From an uncultured Holophagales bacterium (GTDB taxonomy: Bacteria > Acidobacteriota > Thermoanaerobaculia > Multivoradales > UBA5704), in assembly GCA_963741305.1 (NCBI GenBank), contig CAVUHL010000003.1, positions 2,959,675-3,023,674 on the forward strand: a stretch of DNA of 64,000 nt. Direction: 5' to 3'. Positions 20,062 to 30,734 of the stretch are shown here, in pieces. The translations under genes were made by a program, and so were the position numbers. The notes under the pieces were generated by a model. That model was not told where the DNA came from, made no database searches, and saw only the letters and a program-made list of their open reading frames with translations. Within the stretch, counting starts at the first letter, position 1. Every line of letters begins with the position of its first letter.

Positions 20062-21797
20062 CGTTCTACCTCCGGGGCCGGCCGTCCATTGACCGCTACT
20101 TTACGGACTCTGGCCATGTCAGTCCTGTCCTCCAGGATCCGCGCCTCGCGGGCCTCCTCCTGGGCGATGATCCTCTCGGTCTCCTCCTGCTCTGCCTCGA
20201 AGTCCAGACGGAGGGCCTCCAGCCGGGCCTCCAGAGCTTCCCGCTTGCGCGCCAGCTCGCGCCGGCGGCGCTCGACCTCCTGCTGCCGCGCCATGGCCGC
20301 GGCCTTCTCCCTCGCCTCCTGCGCCAGCCGCGCCGCGCCGGTGAGCGCCCCCTCGGAGCCCAGGTAGGGATCCACCAGCCGGATCCCCTCGCCGGTGAGC
20401 ATCACCTCCCGGAGCTGGTTCGAGTGCGCCATGCCGCGCGACTTGAGGACGTAGAGCGTGCGGTTGCGCTCGCCGCTGACCTCGTTCTCCCGCAGCAGCA
20501 GCCACGCATCCATGAGCGAGGATACGCCTACTTCCGTGTGCTCCGTGAAGTCGCCGTGGATCAGGCTGTTGAAGAGCGCCGTGACCTGGTTCAGCTTGAG
20601 GAAGTCGATCAGGCGCATCAGCATGCTCTTGACCTCCTCTTCGCCGCCCACGGCCAGGAAGTTCGTGATCGGGTCCACGACAACGATCCGCGGCCGGAAG
20701 TCGCGGATGATCTTGTACATGGTGACCAGGTGCCGCTCCAGCCCGTGGAGCGTCGGCCGGGAAGCGTGGAACAAGAGAAGCCCCTCGTCCACCCAAGGCT
20801 GGAGGTCCACGCCAATGGAGCGCATGTTGCGCACCACCTGGCTGCGCGATTCCTCGAAGGCAAAGTAGACGCAGCGCTCGCCGCGGCGGCAGGCGGCATT
20901 CACGAAATGGGCGCCGACGCTGGTCTTGCCCGTTCCTGCCTTGCCTGAGACCAGCACGCTGCTGCCGCGGTAGAAGCCCTGTCCGTCCAGCATGTCGTCG
21001 AGCCCCGGCACCCCCGAGGATACGCGCTCGGTCGAGGCCTCGTGGGTGAGCGAGAGCGAGGTGACGGGCAGCACCTCGATGCCGCGCTCGTCGATCAGGA
21101 ACGGGTACTCGTTCGTGCCATGGATGCTGCCGCGGTACTTGACCACGCGCAACCGGCGGGTGGCAAGCTGGTCGTGGAGCCGGTGGTCGAGGAGGATCAC
21201 GCAATCGGAGACGTACTCTTCCAGGCCGTGGCGGGTCAAGGCCCCCTCGCCCCGCTCGCCGGTGATCACGGCCGTGACCCCGCGGTCCTTGAGCCAGCGG
21301 AAGAGGCGCCGCAGCTCGGCGCGCAGGATCGACTCGTTCTGCAGGCCGCCGAAGAGGACTTCCAGCGTGTCGAGCACGACCCGCTTGGCGCCGATGGAGT
21401 CGATGGCGAAGCCCAGGCGGATGAACAGCCCCTCGAGGTCGTACTCGCCGGTCTCCTCGATCTCGCTGCGCTCGACATGGACATAATCCATGACGAGCTT
21501 CTCCTGCTCCATGAGCTCATCGAGGTCGAAGCCCAGGGAGCGGACGTTCTCCGTCAGCTCCTGGATCCCTTCCTCGAAGCTCATGAAGACGCCGGGCTCG
21601 CCGTACTCGGTCGCGCCGCGGACGAGGAACTCCATGGCCATGAGGGTCTTGCCGCAGCCGGCGCTGCCGCAGATGAGCGTGGGACGCCCGGCGGGCAGGC
21701 CGCCGGCCATGATCTCGTCCAGCCCGGGAATGCCCGTCGGGGCCTTCAGGATTCCAGCGAGCACGGGTGTATCGTCTTGTCCGATCGGTCGAGCCAT
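20058..21797 (-). CDS. kaiC: Circadian clock protein KaiC homologue with C-terminal coiled-coil tail
   Basis: Two RecA-like domains ([16 protein letters not shown]), EEYVSD, KYRGS.H, KSRGMAH, phosphosite region VSSLMD. Confidence 0.97.
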   Translation of the reverse strand: MARPIGQDDTPVLAGILKAPTGIPGLDEIMAGGLPAGRPTLICGSAGCGKTLMAMEFLVRGATEYGEPGVFMSFEEGIQELTENVRSLGFDLDELMEQEKLVMDYVHVERSEIEETGEYDLEGLFIRLGFAIDSIGAKRVVLDTLEVLFGGLQNESILRAELRRLFRWLKDRGVTAVITGERGEGALTRHGLEEYVSDCVILLDHRLHDQLATRRLRVVKYRGSIHGTNEYPFLIDERGIEVLPVTSLSLTHEASTERVSSGVPGLDDMLDGQGFYRGSSVLVSGKAGTGKTSVGAHFVNAACRRGERCVYFAFEESRSQVVRNMRSIGVDLQPWVDEGLLLFHASRPTLHGLERHLVTMYKIIRDFRPRIVVVDPITNFLAVGGEEEVKSMLMRLIDFLKLNQVTALFNSLIHGDFTEHTEVGVSSLMDAWLLLRENEVSGERNRTLYVLKSRGMAHSNQLREVMLTGEGIRLVDPYLGSEGALTGAARLAQEAREKAAAMARQQEVERRRRELARKREALEARLEALRLDFEAEQEETERIIAQEEAREARILEDRTDMARVRKVAVNGRPAPEVER

Positions 21798-21872
21798 CTT
21801 TCCCCTGTTGAAAAAACCGCCTTGTTCGGCCTCGGGTCCGGTTTCGTATTGTACGGGAAAACGGGCCGGGGC

Positions 21873-23981
21873 TCACGCTGGCCGCGCGCACGCGGTCTCG
21901 TGGATGACGGCTTCCAGCGCCTTGAAGTTGACCGGCTTGGTGAGATGGCGGGAAAAGCCGGCCTCCAGGCTGCGGCGCACGTCGTCCTCGGTGCCGTAGC
22001 CGCTCAAGGCGATGCCGCGCAGGCCGTAGCGCGAGACCAGCTGGCGCATCAGGTCCATACCGGTGCCGTCCGGCAGCCCGAGGTCGCTGATGACGAGGTC
22101 GATCCCGGCCCCGGAGCCCATCTCCGCGGCGGCGGCCTCCAACCCGGCGGCCACGCACATTGCAACCCGGACCTCGTGCCCCAGGGAGCGCAGCAGCTCG
22201 GCCATGGCCTCGGCGGTATCGGGGTGGTCTTCGACCAGGAGCAGCCGCAGGGGACGGCGGGCCGCCGGCTCCGGCACCTGGCGCGGCGCGGGCTCGGCCT
22301 GCGCGGGCCAGCCGCCCGTGGGCAGCTCCACCCGGAAGGTCGCGCCCAGGCCATAACCCGGGCTCAGCGCCGTGATCCGGCCGCCGTGCAGGTCGGCGAC
22401 GGCCTTGCTGATGGAGAGCCCCAGGCCGAGCCCGCCGCGGGCGGGGGACGCTTGGGAGAAGGCCTCGAAGATGTGCGGCATCGAGCCCGGCTCGATGCCC
22501 ACGCCGGTGTCCGTGATCTCCACGACCAGAGTGTTCTCATCCTCTTCTTCGTCGTTCCATGTGCGGACCACGATCGTGCCGCCCTCCGGCGTGAACTTGA
22601 CCGAGTTGCGCAGCAGGTTCCAGAAGATCTGCATCAGGCGCGAGCCATCCCCCCAGACGCGGTGCTCCGAGGCTGCGAGCTCGGTGACGACCTTGAGCCG
22701 GCCGGCATCGCAGCTCTCGGCGCAGCAGATCTGGATGGCATGCTCGACCAGGGCGCGGACGTCGCACACCGAGCGCTGGAGCTCCAGCTTGCCGCGGGCG
22801 ATGCGCGTCAGGTCGAGGAGGTCGTCGATGAGCCGGGCCTCCAGCTCGACGTTGCGGCGGATCATGGCGAGGTGGTCGGCCACGTCGCGCAGCCGGCCGT
22901 CCCCCTCCAGGCCGGTGATCAGGGCGAGCACGGGGGTCAGCGGCGTGCGCAGCTCGTGCGAGAGGGTGGCGAGGAACTGGTCCTTGGCCCGGTTCGCGGC
23001 CTCGGCCTCCTCCTTGGCCTGGCGCAGCTCCTCCTCGGCCTGCTTGCGCCCGGTCACGTCCATGACCGTGCCGATGAAGCGGGTGGCGTGGCGGTCCTCC
23101 CCCTCGCCGCGGAAGAAGACGCAGCCGCGGGAGGTGACCCAGCGGACCGCGCCTTCCGGAACCACAGCCCGGTACTCAACCTCGTAGCCGCCCTGGCTCG
23201 ACGGCTCCATCGCCTCCTGCATGGCCTGGTGGACCCGGTCCCAGTCTTCGGGATGGATACGGACCAGGTACTCGCTGTAGTCGATCTCGGCGTCCGGGGG
23301 GAGGCCGTGGATCTCCTTGCAGCGCTCCGACCAGGTCAGCCGGCCGGTGACCGGGTTGAAGTCCCAGGTGCCCAGGCCCGTGCCCTCGACGGCCAGGCGC
23401 AGCCGCTCCTGGCTGTCGTGGAGGGCCTCGTCCGCCTGCCGGCGCTCGGTCACGTCGGTGGCCATGGTGACCAGGAAGAGGCGGCCGTCCGGCAGCCGGC
23501 CGGGCTCGCCCGCGGTGAAGGTCCAGATGCGGCCCTCGCCGTCGCGGGTGCGGATAACGAGCTCCGCCTCCGTGGCATTCCCTTCAAAGGAGCGGCGGAT
23601 GCGGTCTTCGACCTGCCCGGCGGCCGGCCCGTAGGCCAGGTCCAGCCACTTGCGCACTGTTGGTATGTGCTCGCGGGAGTAGCCGGAGAGGCGGGTCCAG
23701 GCGTGGCTGAGGGCCAGGACCTCGCCGTCCTCCGCGTGCATGAGGATGGGGATGGGGGCGTCCACGATCGCCCGCCGGAACTGCTCCTCGCTGCGCCGCA
23801 ACGCCTCCTCGGCGGCGTGGCGGGCACGGGTCGAGAGCCAGGCGGCGAAAACCACCATGGCCAGGCCGCCGACGCCGAGCGCCAGCGAAACCGGCACGGC
23901 GGCCGCAGCCGCGCCAAGCGCCAACACCACCAATGTGGCGCCTAGACCCCAGACAGCGAGGCGGACAGCGCGCGGGATCAT
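21873..23981 (-). CDS. Membrane PAS-PAS hybrid histidine kinase
   Basis: 2 TM segments, two PAS/PAC (IHPEDWDRV), SHELRTPL, HATPase, REC. Confidence 0.92.
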   Translation of the reverse strand: MIPRAVRLAVWGLGATLVVLALGAAAAAVPVSLALGVGGLAMVVFAAWLSTRARHAAEEALRRSEEQFRRAIVDAPIPILMHAEDGEVLALSHAWTRLSGYSREHIPTVRKWLDLAYGPAAGQVEDRIRRSFEGNATEAELVIRTRDGEGRIWTFTAGEPGRLPDGRLFLVTMATDVTERRQADEALHDSQERLRLAVEGTGLGTWDFNPVTGRLTWSERCKEIHGLPPDAEIDYSEYLVRIHPEDWDRVHQAMQEAMEPSSQGGYEVEYRAVVPEGAVRWVTSRGCVFFRGEGEDRHATRFIGTVMDVTGRKQAEEELRQAKEEAEAANRAKDQFLATLSHELRTPLTPVLALITGLEGDGRLRDVADHLAMIRRNVELEARLIDDLLDLTRIARGKLELQRSVCDVRALVEHAIQICCAESCDAGRLKVVTELAASEHRVWGDGSRLMQIFWNLLRNSVKFTPEGGTIVVRTWNDEEEDENTLVVEITDTGVGIEPGSMPHIFEAFSQASPARGGLGLGLSISKAVADLHGGRITALSPGYGLGATFRVELPTGGWPAQAEPAPRQVPEPAARRPLRLLLVEDHPDTAEAMAELLRSLGHEVRVAMCVAAGLEAAAAEMGSGAGIDLVISDLGLPDGTGMDLMRQLVSRYGLRGIALSGYGTEDDVRRSLEAGFSRHLTKPVNFKALEAVIHETACARPA

Positions 23982-24032
23982 CTTTCTGCCTTCAGCGGGA
24001 CAAATATTAGCAGACTGTGGAAGAAAAGCGCG

Positions 24033-25655
24033 TCACGTCCGCAGCCGCCGTCCAAAACGGCCAAGCCAGAATTCCAGCTCTTCAGCTCCGGTCATGCGGG
24101 CGAGGAGCAGGTACCCGAGGGCGTAGGCCCCCACCACCGCCAGCGCCTGGATTGCGACGTGGAGCGGCGGCAGCGCCCACCAGAGGAGGGCCGCGGGCAC
24201 GGCCGCGGCCAGGGCGAGCAGCGTCATCCGCCCCAGGTCCCGCCAGGGCACGAGCGCCCCCGGAGCGCTGCGGGCCGCGGCGCGGCGCAGGAGCAGCAGC
24301 TCGAGCCAGGCTGCCAGGCCCGAGCCCAGCGCCAGGCCCACGGCGCCCAGGCGGAACGGCTCGCCTTCGGCGCGCACCAGGTCGGTCACCGCCACCCGGT
24401 CGAGAAGGAACATCAGCGGCACGGCGAGCACCGCCGAGAGCGCTACCCTCCAGACCGCGATGCGGGCCGGCGTGCGCGCCTCCCCCAGGGCGTAGAAAGT
24501 GTTCTGCAGCAGCCGCGAGGAGGTGGTCGCCACCAGGCCGACCGTGTAGCCGCAGAGGGCCAGGTAGACGAGCCAGTTTTGCGTCTCCTGGAAGTTGCCG
24601 GTGCGAAGGAGCAGGCCGATGATCAGATAGCCGAACGCCAGATAGCCGATGCACGTGGGCACGTTCAGGAAGGCCATCTTGCGCAGCGAGCCCCGCACCC
24701 GCGCGAGGAGGGCGTCCGTCCCCCCTCTCCGTCCCAGCCTGGAGAGCTCCGGCAGCTCCGCCGCGGCCACCGACATCCCGAACAGGCTGACCGGCAGCAT
24801 GTACGGCGTCTGGGCGTAGCTCAGGATGCCGACCGCGCCAGCGATCAGCCACGAAGCCAGGAAAATGTCCAGGTAACCCGAGAGCTGCACCACTCCGCGC
24901 CCAGCTACCACCGGACCGAACGCCGCGAGCGCCTCCCGTACCCCAGCCACTCGGGTGGAGAACGATAGCCGGAAGCCGCGCATCTCCCGCGCCACGGCCG
25001 GGAGCTGGACCAGGAACTGGAGAAGGCCGCCCAGGAGCCCACCCCAGCAGACCGCAAACAGCAATCTGTTCTGGCCCGAGCCCGCCCAGACGATCGCGCC
25101 GATGATCGCCGCGTTCCAGACGATCGGCGCGAAATAGGGCAGGAAGAACCTGCGGTGGCTGTTGAGCACGCCAAGGGCCCAGGCTGAGAGGACGAGGAAG
25201 CCGGTCATGGGGAAGATGATCCGCGTCGCGGCCACGGCGAGCTCGAAGCGGTCCACCGGGCCGGCCTCGCGCACAAACCCGGCCGCGAGCACCGCCACAA
25301 TGGGCTTGGCGAAGAGCACGCCCAGGAGCGAGAAGGCGGAGGCGGCGGCCAGGAGGAGCCCGAACACCGCGCCCGCAAACCGGCCCGCCTCCTCCTTCCT
25401 TCCCTCCTCCAGCATGCGGGAGTAGATGGGGATGAAGGAGGCCGAGAGGGTCCCCTCGCCGAGCAGGTTCTGGATCGCGTTGGGAGCGCGGAAGGCGACC
25501 CGCAGCACGTCCATGTGCGGTCCCACACCCAGGAAGTGGGCGTAGGCCCGCTCGCGCACGAAGCCGATCAAACGCGAGGAGAGGATGCCGAGGGCGATCG
25601 CAGCGGCGCCGCCGGTTTTGGGGGTCGGCGTCTCCGGCGGGATGGGCTCGGTCAT
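24033..25655 (-). CDS. murJ: Lipid II flippase MurJ
   Basis: SRLIGFVRE, AFRAPN..QNLLGEG.LSASFIP, QFLVQLP. Confidence 0.93.
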   Translation of the reverse strand: MTEPIPPETPTPKTGGAAAIALGILSSRLIGFVRERAYAHFLGVGPHMDVLRVAFRAPNAIQNLLGEGTLSASFIPIYSRMLEEGRKEEAGRFAGAVFGLLLAAASAFSLLGVLFAKPIVAVLAAGFVREAGPVDRFELAVAATRIIFPMTGFLVLSAWALGVLNSHRRFFLPYFAPIVWNAAIIGAIVWAGSGQNRLLFAVCWGGLLGGLLQFLVQLPAVAREMRGFRLSFSTRVAGVREALAAFGPVVAGRGVVQLSGYLDIFLASWLIAGAVGILSYAQTPYMLPVSLFGMSVAAAELPELSRLGRRGGTDALLARVRGSLRKMAFLNVPTCIGYLAFGYLIIGLLLRTGNFQETQNWLVYLALCGYTVGLVATTSSRLLQNTFYALGEARTPARIAVWRVALSAVLAVPLMFLLDRVAVTDLVRAEGEPFRLGAVGLALGSGLAAWLELLLLRRAAARSAPGALVPWRDLGRMTLLALAAAVPAALLWWALPPLHVAIQALAVVGAYALGYLLLARMTGAEELEFWLGRFGRRLRT

Positions 25656-25687
25656 TGGAGCGGCATTCTAAGCGTAAAATCCTGCGT

Positions 25688-26224
25688 ATGCCCTACGGAT
25701 GGGAAGGCGAAAAGGTCCGTCTGGTCCCCCTGGACAAGGCGCGCCACCTCGACAACGCGATGGCCTGGCTCAACGATCCCGAGGTCACGGCCTGGACCCT
25801 GGTCGGCGACTGGCCCGTGGGACGCCTGGCCGAGGAGGATTGGTTCGACGCCATGAGCCGGCTGCCGCCGATCGGCCTGCACGAGAAGGTGACGTTCGCC
25901 GTGGAAACGCTCGCCGGCGAGCACATCGGCTTCTCCGGCCTGCACGCCATCGACTGGCACAACAAGGTGGCCACGACCGGCACGGTCCTGGGCCGGCGCG
26001 ACCTCTGGGGCCAGGGCTACGGCTCGGATGCCGCGCAAGTCCGCACCCGCTTCGCCTTCGAGGTCCTCGGCCTGCGCATGCTCCTCTCGGACGTCATGGC
26101 CGACAACGCCGGCTCGATCCGCATGCTCCAGAAGGCCGGCTACAAAGAGATCGGGCGGATTCCCAGGAGGATCTGGAAGCGCGGCGCCTGGCGGGATGTG
26201 GTGATGCTCTGCCTGGAGGCGTAG
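25688..26224 (+). CDS. GNAT N-acetyltransferase (RimJ/RimL-like)
   Basis: WGQGYGSDA, N..SIRMLQKAGY. Confidence 0.88.
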   Translation: MPYGWEGEKVRLVPLDKARHLDNAMAWLNDPEVTAWTLVGDWPVGRLAEEDWFDAMSRLPPIGLHEKVTFAVETLAGEHIGFSGLHAIDWHNKVATTGTVLGRRDLWGQGYGSDAAQVRTRFAFEVLGLRMLLSDVMADNAGSIRMLQKAGYKEIGRIPRRIWKRGAWRDVVMLCLEA

Positions 26225-26228
26225 GGGA

Positions 26229-26396
26229 CCCTCACCCCCTAACCCCCTCTCCCACACGCACTCACACCCGCCCGGGAGAGGGGGAACCGGAAAGGAAACC
26301 GGACCTTCTGTTTTGCTGTTGCTGCTGCTGTTGGGTGGGGGCGCCCCTCTCCCGGGCGGGTGTGAGTGCGTGTGGGAGAGGGGACGGGGGTGAGGG
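26229..26396. repeat. CCCTCTCCC/GGGAGAGGG-type REP/MITE hairpin, copy 1
   Basis: CCCTCACCCCCTAACCCCCTCTCCCACACGCACTCACACCCGCCCGGGAGAGGGG plus inverted arm; sits between convergent genes. Confidence 0.9.
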
Positions 26397-26405
26397 TTCC
26401 GAGTC

Positions 26406-29219
26406 CTAAGGCAAATCGTTCCAGTTCAGCAGCACGTTGTACACCAGCCGGAAGTCCGACAGGTTCAAATACCGGTGGAGCGGGTTGAAGGCGTAGAGGA
26501 TCACCCGCCCCTTCCCCACCGGCACGTCGAGCACCGCGGGCTTGCCGTTCACCTGCTCCTCGCCCTTGAGGAAGCCTGAAAGCACCAGGCGCTTGTCCTC
26601 CGGACCCTCCGGCTTCTTCTCCTGCGGTGTCTCCGGCTTGGGCTCCTCGTCAGCATCCTCGACATCCTCGACCTCGACCGTCTCCTCGGCCGGCTCTCCC
26701 TTCTTCTCCTCCTCCTCGGGGACCTGCTTGGTGCCGAACTGGAGCACGGCCCAGCCGCGGTCGCGGTCGTCCACGTCCCACAGCGGGCCGTTGCCGCGGA
26801 AGATGCTGGGCCGCTCCTCGTAGCCGTAGACGATCGGGTGCTCCGGGCGCAGCACCTTGGCGCGCAGCTCCGAGCCCGGGGTGTTGGGGCCGTCCACGTT
26901 GCGCACCCGGCGCACGAGGCCCCCTTGCACGGGCAGCACCCCGGAATTGCCGAGCGCCATCAGGATCCCGCCGCTCTCCACGAAGCGCTGCAGGTTGAGC
27001 AGCCCCGTAAAGCCCATGCCGCCGGTGATGTCGTCCGAGGCGTTGGGGATGCCGTGGCTCGGGTACTCGTCTGTCTTCGTGTAGGCGAGCGGACCCCACT
27101 TGGGATCGATCCCATGGACCATGCGCGCGAAGTCGCCGAAGGCCTGCGGGAAGAGGATCACGTCGAAACGGTCCTGGAGACTCCCGCGCCTCAGATCACT
27201 GTCGCTGATCAGGGTGTACTCGAAGCCCTCGCGGTCCAGCGTGTAGCGCGCCCAGCCCGCATCCTGGGTGGAGACCCAGGTCTGAAGCAGGGCCATCCGC
27301 GGCAGGTCCACGACATGGCGCGCCACATCCGGCATGGACGAGACTGCCGTGAACGCGAGCCCCAGGCGCAAAGCCACATCGTCCACCGCCTCCCGCGGGG
27401 CCTGCACGATCCAGCTCCCGGGCGGATAGCTGATGCCTCCCACCTCGAAAGCCTTCTCCGCCGCGTCCACCTGGCGGTCTCCCAGGAGCTGGCGCGCCCT
27501 CAGCAGGGAAGTCTGCCCGGTGTCGCGCAGGAGGAAGATGTCTCCTTCGCCCTCAATGCGGCCGTTCATGGGAGCCTCTCCGGAGAGGGGCTCCATGGCC
27601 GCGTCGAGCACCTTGCGGTCCGCGACCGACGAACCCTCGACCCCATAAAGGAGAGGCCACGTCCAGGCCACGTCGTCATAGGGCTCGTTCGGCTCGTCGG
27701 CTGGGAACTTCTGCTCCTCCAGGAAGTTGATCGCCGCATTCCGGTACGGCTGGTCCAGGCGCACCACATAAGTGCCGGCCGGCCAGGAAAGCTTGCCGAG
27801 CGTCAGGTCAGAGGTCAGACGGTGGACCTCGATCCTGTGCAGGCGGAGCTGATTGATCAGATGGGCCAGGCGGCCCGGATCCCGCTGCTCCGTCGGGAAC
27901 ATCCAGGCATACGGCGCCTCGGTCCGGCCCTTCTCCAGGGCGCGGCTGGCCTTGGCCCAGAAGCTCTCGAGAAGCTCCTGCCGGTGGAGGGCCGCGTACT
28001 CCAGCCCTTCCAGCACGGCCGATTCCATGAAGTTGGTGTTGTTGCGCAGTGACCAGCGGACCTTCTTGTCCGGCGGCCAGGGGCGGTACCACTGCACGTC
28101 GGTCACCGGCTTGCCGGCATAGCGCGACTTGATCTCGCGGTCAAAGGTGCCGGCGTGGGAGTTGCCAAAAGTCTCGTAAAAGCGGCCGATCGAGTGGTGG
28201 GTGTTGGCCACCGAGGTCAGATAGCCGGGCCACCAGCCGTCCCAGAAGCCCCAGGTCCAGACGCCGGGAAGCCCCATCGACGACAGCGAGCCGGCCTCGT
28301 GAACGCCCATCTGCGTCCATTCGTGGATGGTGACCGGATCGACTCCGCGGTTGTAGGGGCCGTGGCCCGTCGAGATGTAGAGGAAGGGCACCGACTCGTG
28401 CAGGTCGTGCATCACCTGCGGATGCCAAGCGAACCAGGACTCGTGCAGAGCCTTGGAGAGCGCCTGGGTGACCTGCATGCCGTCCCGGTTGTTGTCGTGG
28501 AGGACGTAATGGCCCCAGTAAGGGGGCGACATGATCTCCCGGATCTCGTCCCAGGTCCCCTTGCGTTCGCGCAGATGGCGGTAGAACCACTCGACGGCGC
28601 GGTCCCGGCCGTCGGGCTCGACCACCGGCGTGATCAGGACGACGGCGTTGCGCCGGATCTCCTGGATCGAAGGCCGCTCGGACACGGCCAGCCGATAGGC
28701 CAGCTCCATCAGCATCTCGGGGCTGCCGGTCTCGCTGGAGTGCAGGCCGCCGAGCAGGTGGTAGATCACCTTGCCCTCCGCGGCCAGGCTGCGCGCTTCC
28801 TCCCGGGAGACCGCGCGCGGATCGGCCAGCCGGCCGGTAATCTCGCGCCAGTGGTCGAGCTGCGCCACGTTCTCGGCGTCGGAGACCGCAATCAGCAGGA
28901 TCTCCCGCCCTTCCTCGGTGCGCCCGATCGTCTCCACCTGCACCCGGTCGCTGGCCTCGTCGAGCTGGCGGTAGTAGCCGTAGATCTCGGAGACCGAGCT
29001 CAGCTCGTTCGGCGTGCCCACGATCCGGCCGAGGACATCGCCTGGCGACGGCACGGTCTCCGACTCGGGCACGTAGGCCACCGTTTCAGCCAGGAACCGC
29101 GGCTCGGTCGTGTACTCGCGGATCTTCTCGACGCTCCCGGGCTCGGGGGTATCAGGAGACCAGTCCTGAGCGAAAGCGGGAAGGGCTAACAGAAGGACGA
29201 GGGGAAGGAGACGGTTCAT
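26406..29219 (-). CDS. Secreted M14 family zinc carboxypeptidase
   Basis: Signal peptide; GLHSSE, PDG, DNNRD, HDLHE. Confidence 0.88.
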   Translation of the reverse strand: MNRLLPLVLLLALPAFAQDWSPDTPEPGSVEKIREYTTEPRFLAETVAYVPESETVPSPGDVLGRIVGTPNELSSVSEIYGYYRQLDEASDRVQVETIGRTEEGREILLIAVSDAENVAQLDHWREITGRLADPRAVSREEARSLAAEGKVIYHLLGGLHSSETGSPEMLMELAYRLAVSERPSIQEIRRNAVVLITPVVEPDGRDRAVEWFYRHLRERKGTWDEIREIMSPPYWGHYVLHDNNRDGMQVTQALSKALHESWFAWHPQVMHDLHESVPFLYISTGHGPYNRGVDPVTIHEWTQMGVHEAGSLSSMGLPGVWTWGFWDGWWPGYLTSVANTHHSIGRFYETFGNSHAGTFDREIKSRYAGKPVTDVQWYRPWPPDKKVRWSLRNNTNFMESAVLEGLEYAALHRQELLESFWAKASRALEKGRTEAPYAWMFPTEQRDPGRLAHLINQLRLHRIEVHRLTSDLTLGKLSWPAGTYVVRLDQPYRNAAINFLEEQKFPADEPNEPYDDVAWTWPLLYGVEGSSVADRKVLDAAMEPLSGEAPMNGRIEGEGDIFLLRDTGQTSLLRARQLLGDRQVDAAEKAFEVGGISYPPGSWIVQAPREAVDDVALRLGLAFTAVSSMPDVARHVVDLPRMALLQTWVSTQDAGWARYTLDREGFEYTLISDSDLRRGSLQDRFDVILFPQAFGDFARMVHGIDPKWGPLAYTKTDEYPSHGIPNASDDITGGMGFTGLLNLQRFVESGGILMALGNSGVLPVQGGLVRRVRNVDGPNTPGSELRAKVLRPEHPIVYGYEERPSIFRGNGPLWDVDDRDRGWAVLQFGTKQVPEEEEKKGEPAEETVEVEDVEDADEEPKPETPQEKKPEGPEDKRLVLSGFLKGEEQVNGKPAVLDVPVGKGRVILYAFNPLHRYLNLSDFRLVYNVLLNWNDLP

Positions 29220-29240
29220 GGGCCGGAAAGATAGCAGGCC

Positions 29241-30590
29241 CTACTTCACCCGGGCCACTACCACCGTAATGTCGTCGAGCTGCTCGGAATCCCCCTTGAA
29301 GTGGGAGAGGTCGCCGAGGATGGCATCCCGGATCTCGCGCACCGAGTGAGTACCGGCCGCCGCGCGGGCCACGGTCTTCTGCAGACGGGGATAGCCGTAA
29401 TCCTGCCCGAGGCCGTTGCGGGTCTCGACCAGGCCGTCGGTGTAGAGCACCAGGACGTCGCCGCTCCGCACCTTGTGCCGCTCCTGGCGGTACTCGGCGT
29501 CCAGGCGGGTGCCGAGCGGCGGCGCGCCCTCCCCGATCTCGGCAAACTTCCCGGTCTGGGCATCCCAGCAGAGCAGCGGCGGATGGCCGGCGCTCGCCAC
29601 CGTGACCTCGACCCCGGACCCGTCCGCGGCCCGGTCGAGCACGGCACACAGGAGGGTGACGTAGGTCCGCCGGTCCGTGGTCTTGCGCACCATCGGGTTC
29701 AGCCGGTCCAGCACGGCCACGGGCACGGCCAGATCCTTCTCCAGGAGGTAGAGGCAGCTCCGGATGCCGGAGAGCAGCAGCCCGCTGGCCAGGCCATGCC
29801 CCGAAACGTCGCCGATGACCAGCGCGAGCTGCGAGCCCGACAGGCGGAAGTAATCGTAGTAATCCCCGCCGACCTCGGTTGCCGGGAGGGACGCCGCGGC
29901 CAGCTCGACCCAGCCGATGTTGGGCGGGAGCTGCGGCAGCATGCTGAGCTGGATCTTGCGCGCGTACTCGATCTCCTCGCGCATGCGCAGCCGCTCCCGG
30001 GAGCGGGAGTGCTCCGTCCGCCAGACCCCCAGGAAGCGCTTCCTCTCCAAATGCGTGATGAAGGCCGATATAACCAGGCAGACCACGCCCACGATGCTGA
30101 CGGAGATGAAAGCATCCGCCGACACCAGGGCATCGGCCGACGGCAGCCCCTGCGGGGTCAGGGGGAAGACCGCGGTCAGCCAGAGCAACACGTAGACCAT
30201 CAGGTGCTCGATGAAGCGCAGCCGGAACCCCAACATTGCGAACATGATGGGGATGAAAGCGTCCGTCGAGTCGCCGCCGCGCAGGTTTACCACCTTGACC
30301 GCCACGGCCTGGAGCGCCAGGAATCCGAGCAGGATCTGCCGGAAGTAGAGCCCGTAGAAGCGCTCGCGCCGCAGCATCACCAGGAGGACCGCCGCGATCA
30401 CGTCCACCACCATCAAGGCCATCAACCCGAACCGCCGTTCCTTCGCGGCTCCCGCGATGGCGACGATGGACAGGAGGAGCACCAGCCCCAGGATCAGCCG
30501 GAAATAGCGGTAGTTCTTGGCGTCGAAGTGCCGCTGGAGCGCAATCGGCTCGGGGAGCTGGACGAGCTCGTCGATGGTGGGGGCTTTCAT
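29241..30590 (-). CDS. Membrane PP2C/SpoIIE Ser/Thr phosphatase
   Basis: VGGDYYD, GDVSGHG, AGHPP, YTDG, DDIT; N-terminal TM segments. Confidence 0.92.
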   Translation of the reverse strand: MKAPTIDELVQLPEPIALQRHFDAKNYRYFRLILGLVLLLSIVAIAGAAKERRFGLMALMVVDVIAAVLLVMLRRERFYGLYFRQILLGFLALQAVAVKVVNLRGGDSTDAFIPIMFAMLGFRLRFIEHLMVYVLLWLTAVFPLTPQGLPSADALVSADAFISVSIVGVVCLVISAFITHLERKRFLGVWRTEHSRSRERLRMREEIEYARKIQLSMLPQLPPNIGWVELAAASLPATEVGGDYYDYFRLSGSQLALVIGDVSGHGLASGLLLSGIRSCLYLLEKDLAVPVAVLDRLNPMVRKTTDRRTYVTLLCAVLDRAADGSGVEVTVASAGHPPLLCWDAQTGKFAEIGEGAPPLGTRLDAEYRQERHKVRSGDVLVLYTDGLVETRNGLGQDYGYPRLQKTVARAAAGTHSVREIRDAILGDLSHFKGDSEQLDDITVVVARVK

Positions 30591-30734
30591 AGGCAGGATT
30601 GATCCCGTTCAGGATCGGGCCGGCGCAATGCTATCGTGACCGGGCATGGAAAGGGATGCCCGGAGTGCTCGCCGGCCTAGGAACGCTGAAAGATAGGACG
30701 AGAGCGGGGGGCTTCCGGTTCGCAAGCCCAGGCG

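Noticed and set aside
25699-26409. ORF with a poly-Cys (CCCCCC) tract
   Set aside because: It comes from (TGY)n in the loop of a REP hairpin and is an off-frame overlap of the GNAT gene.
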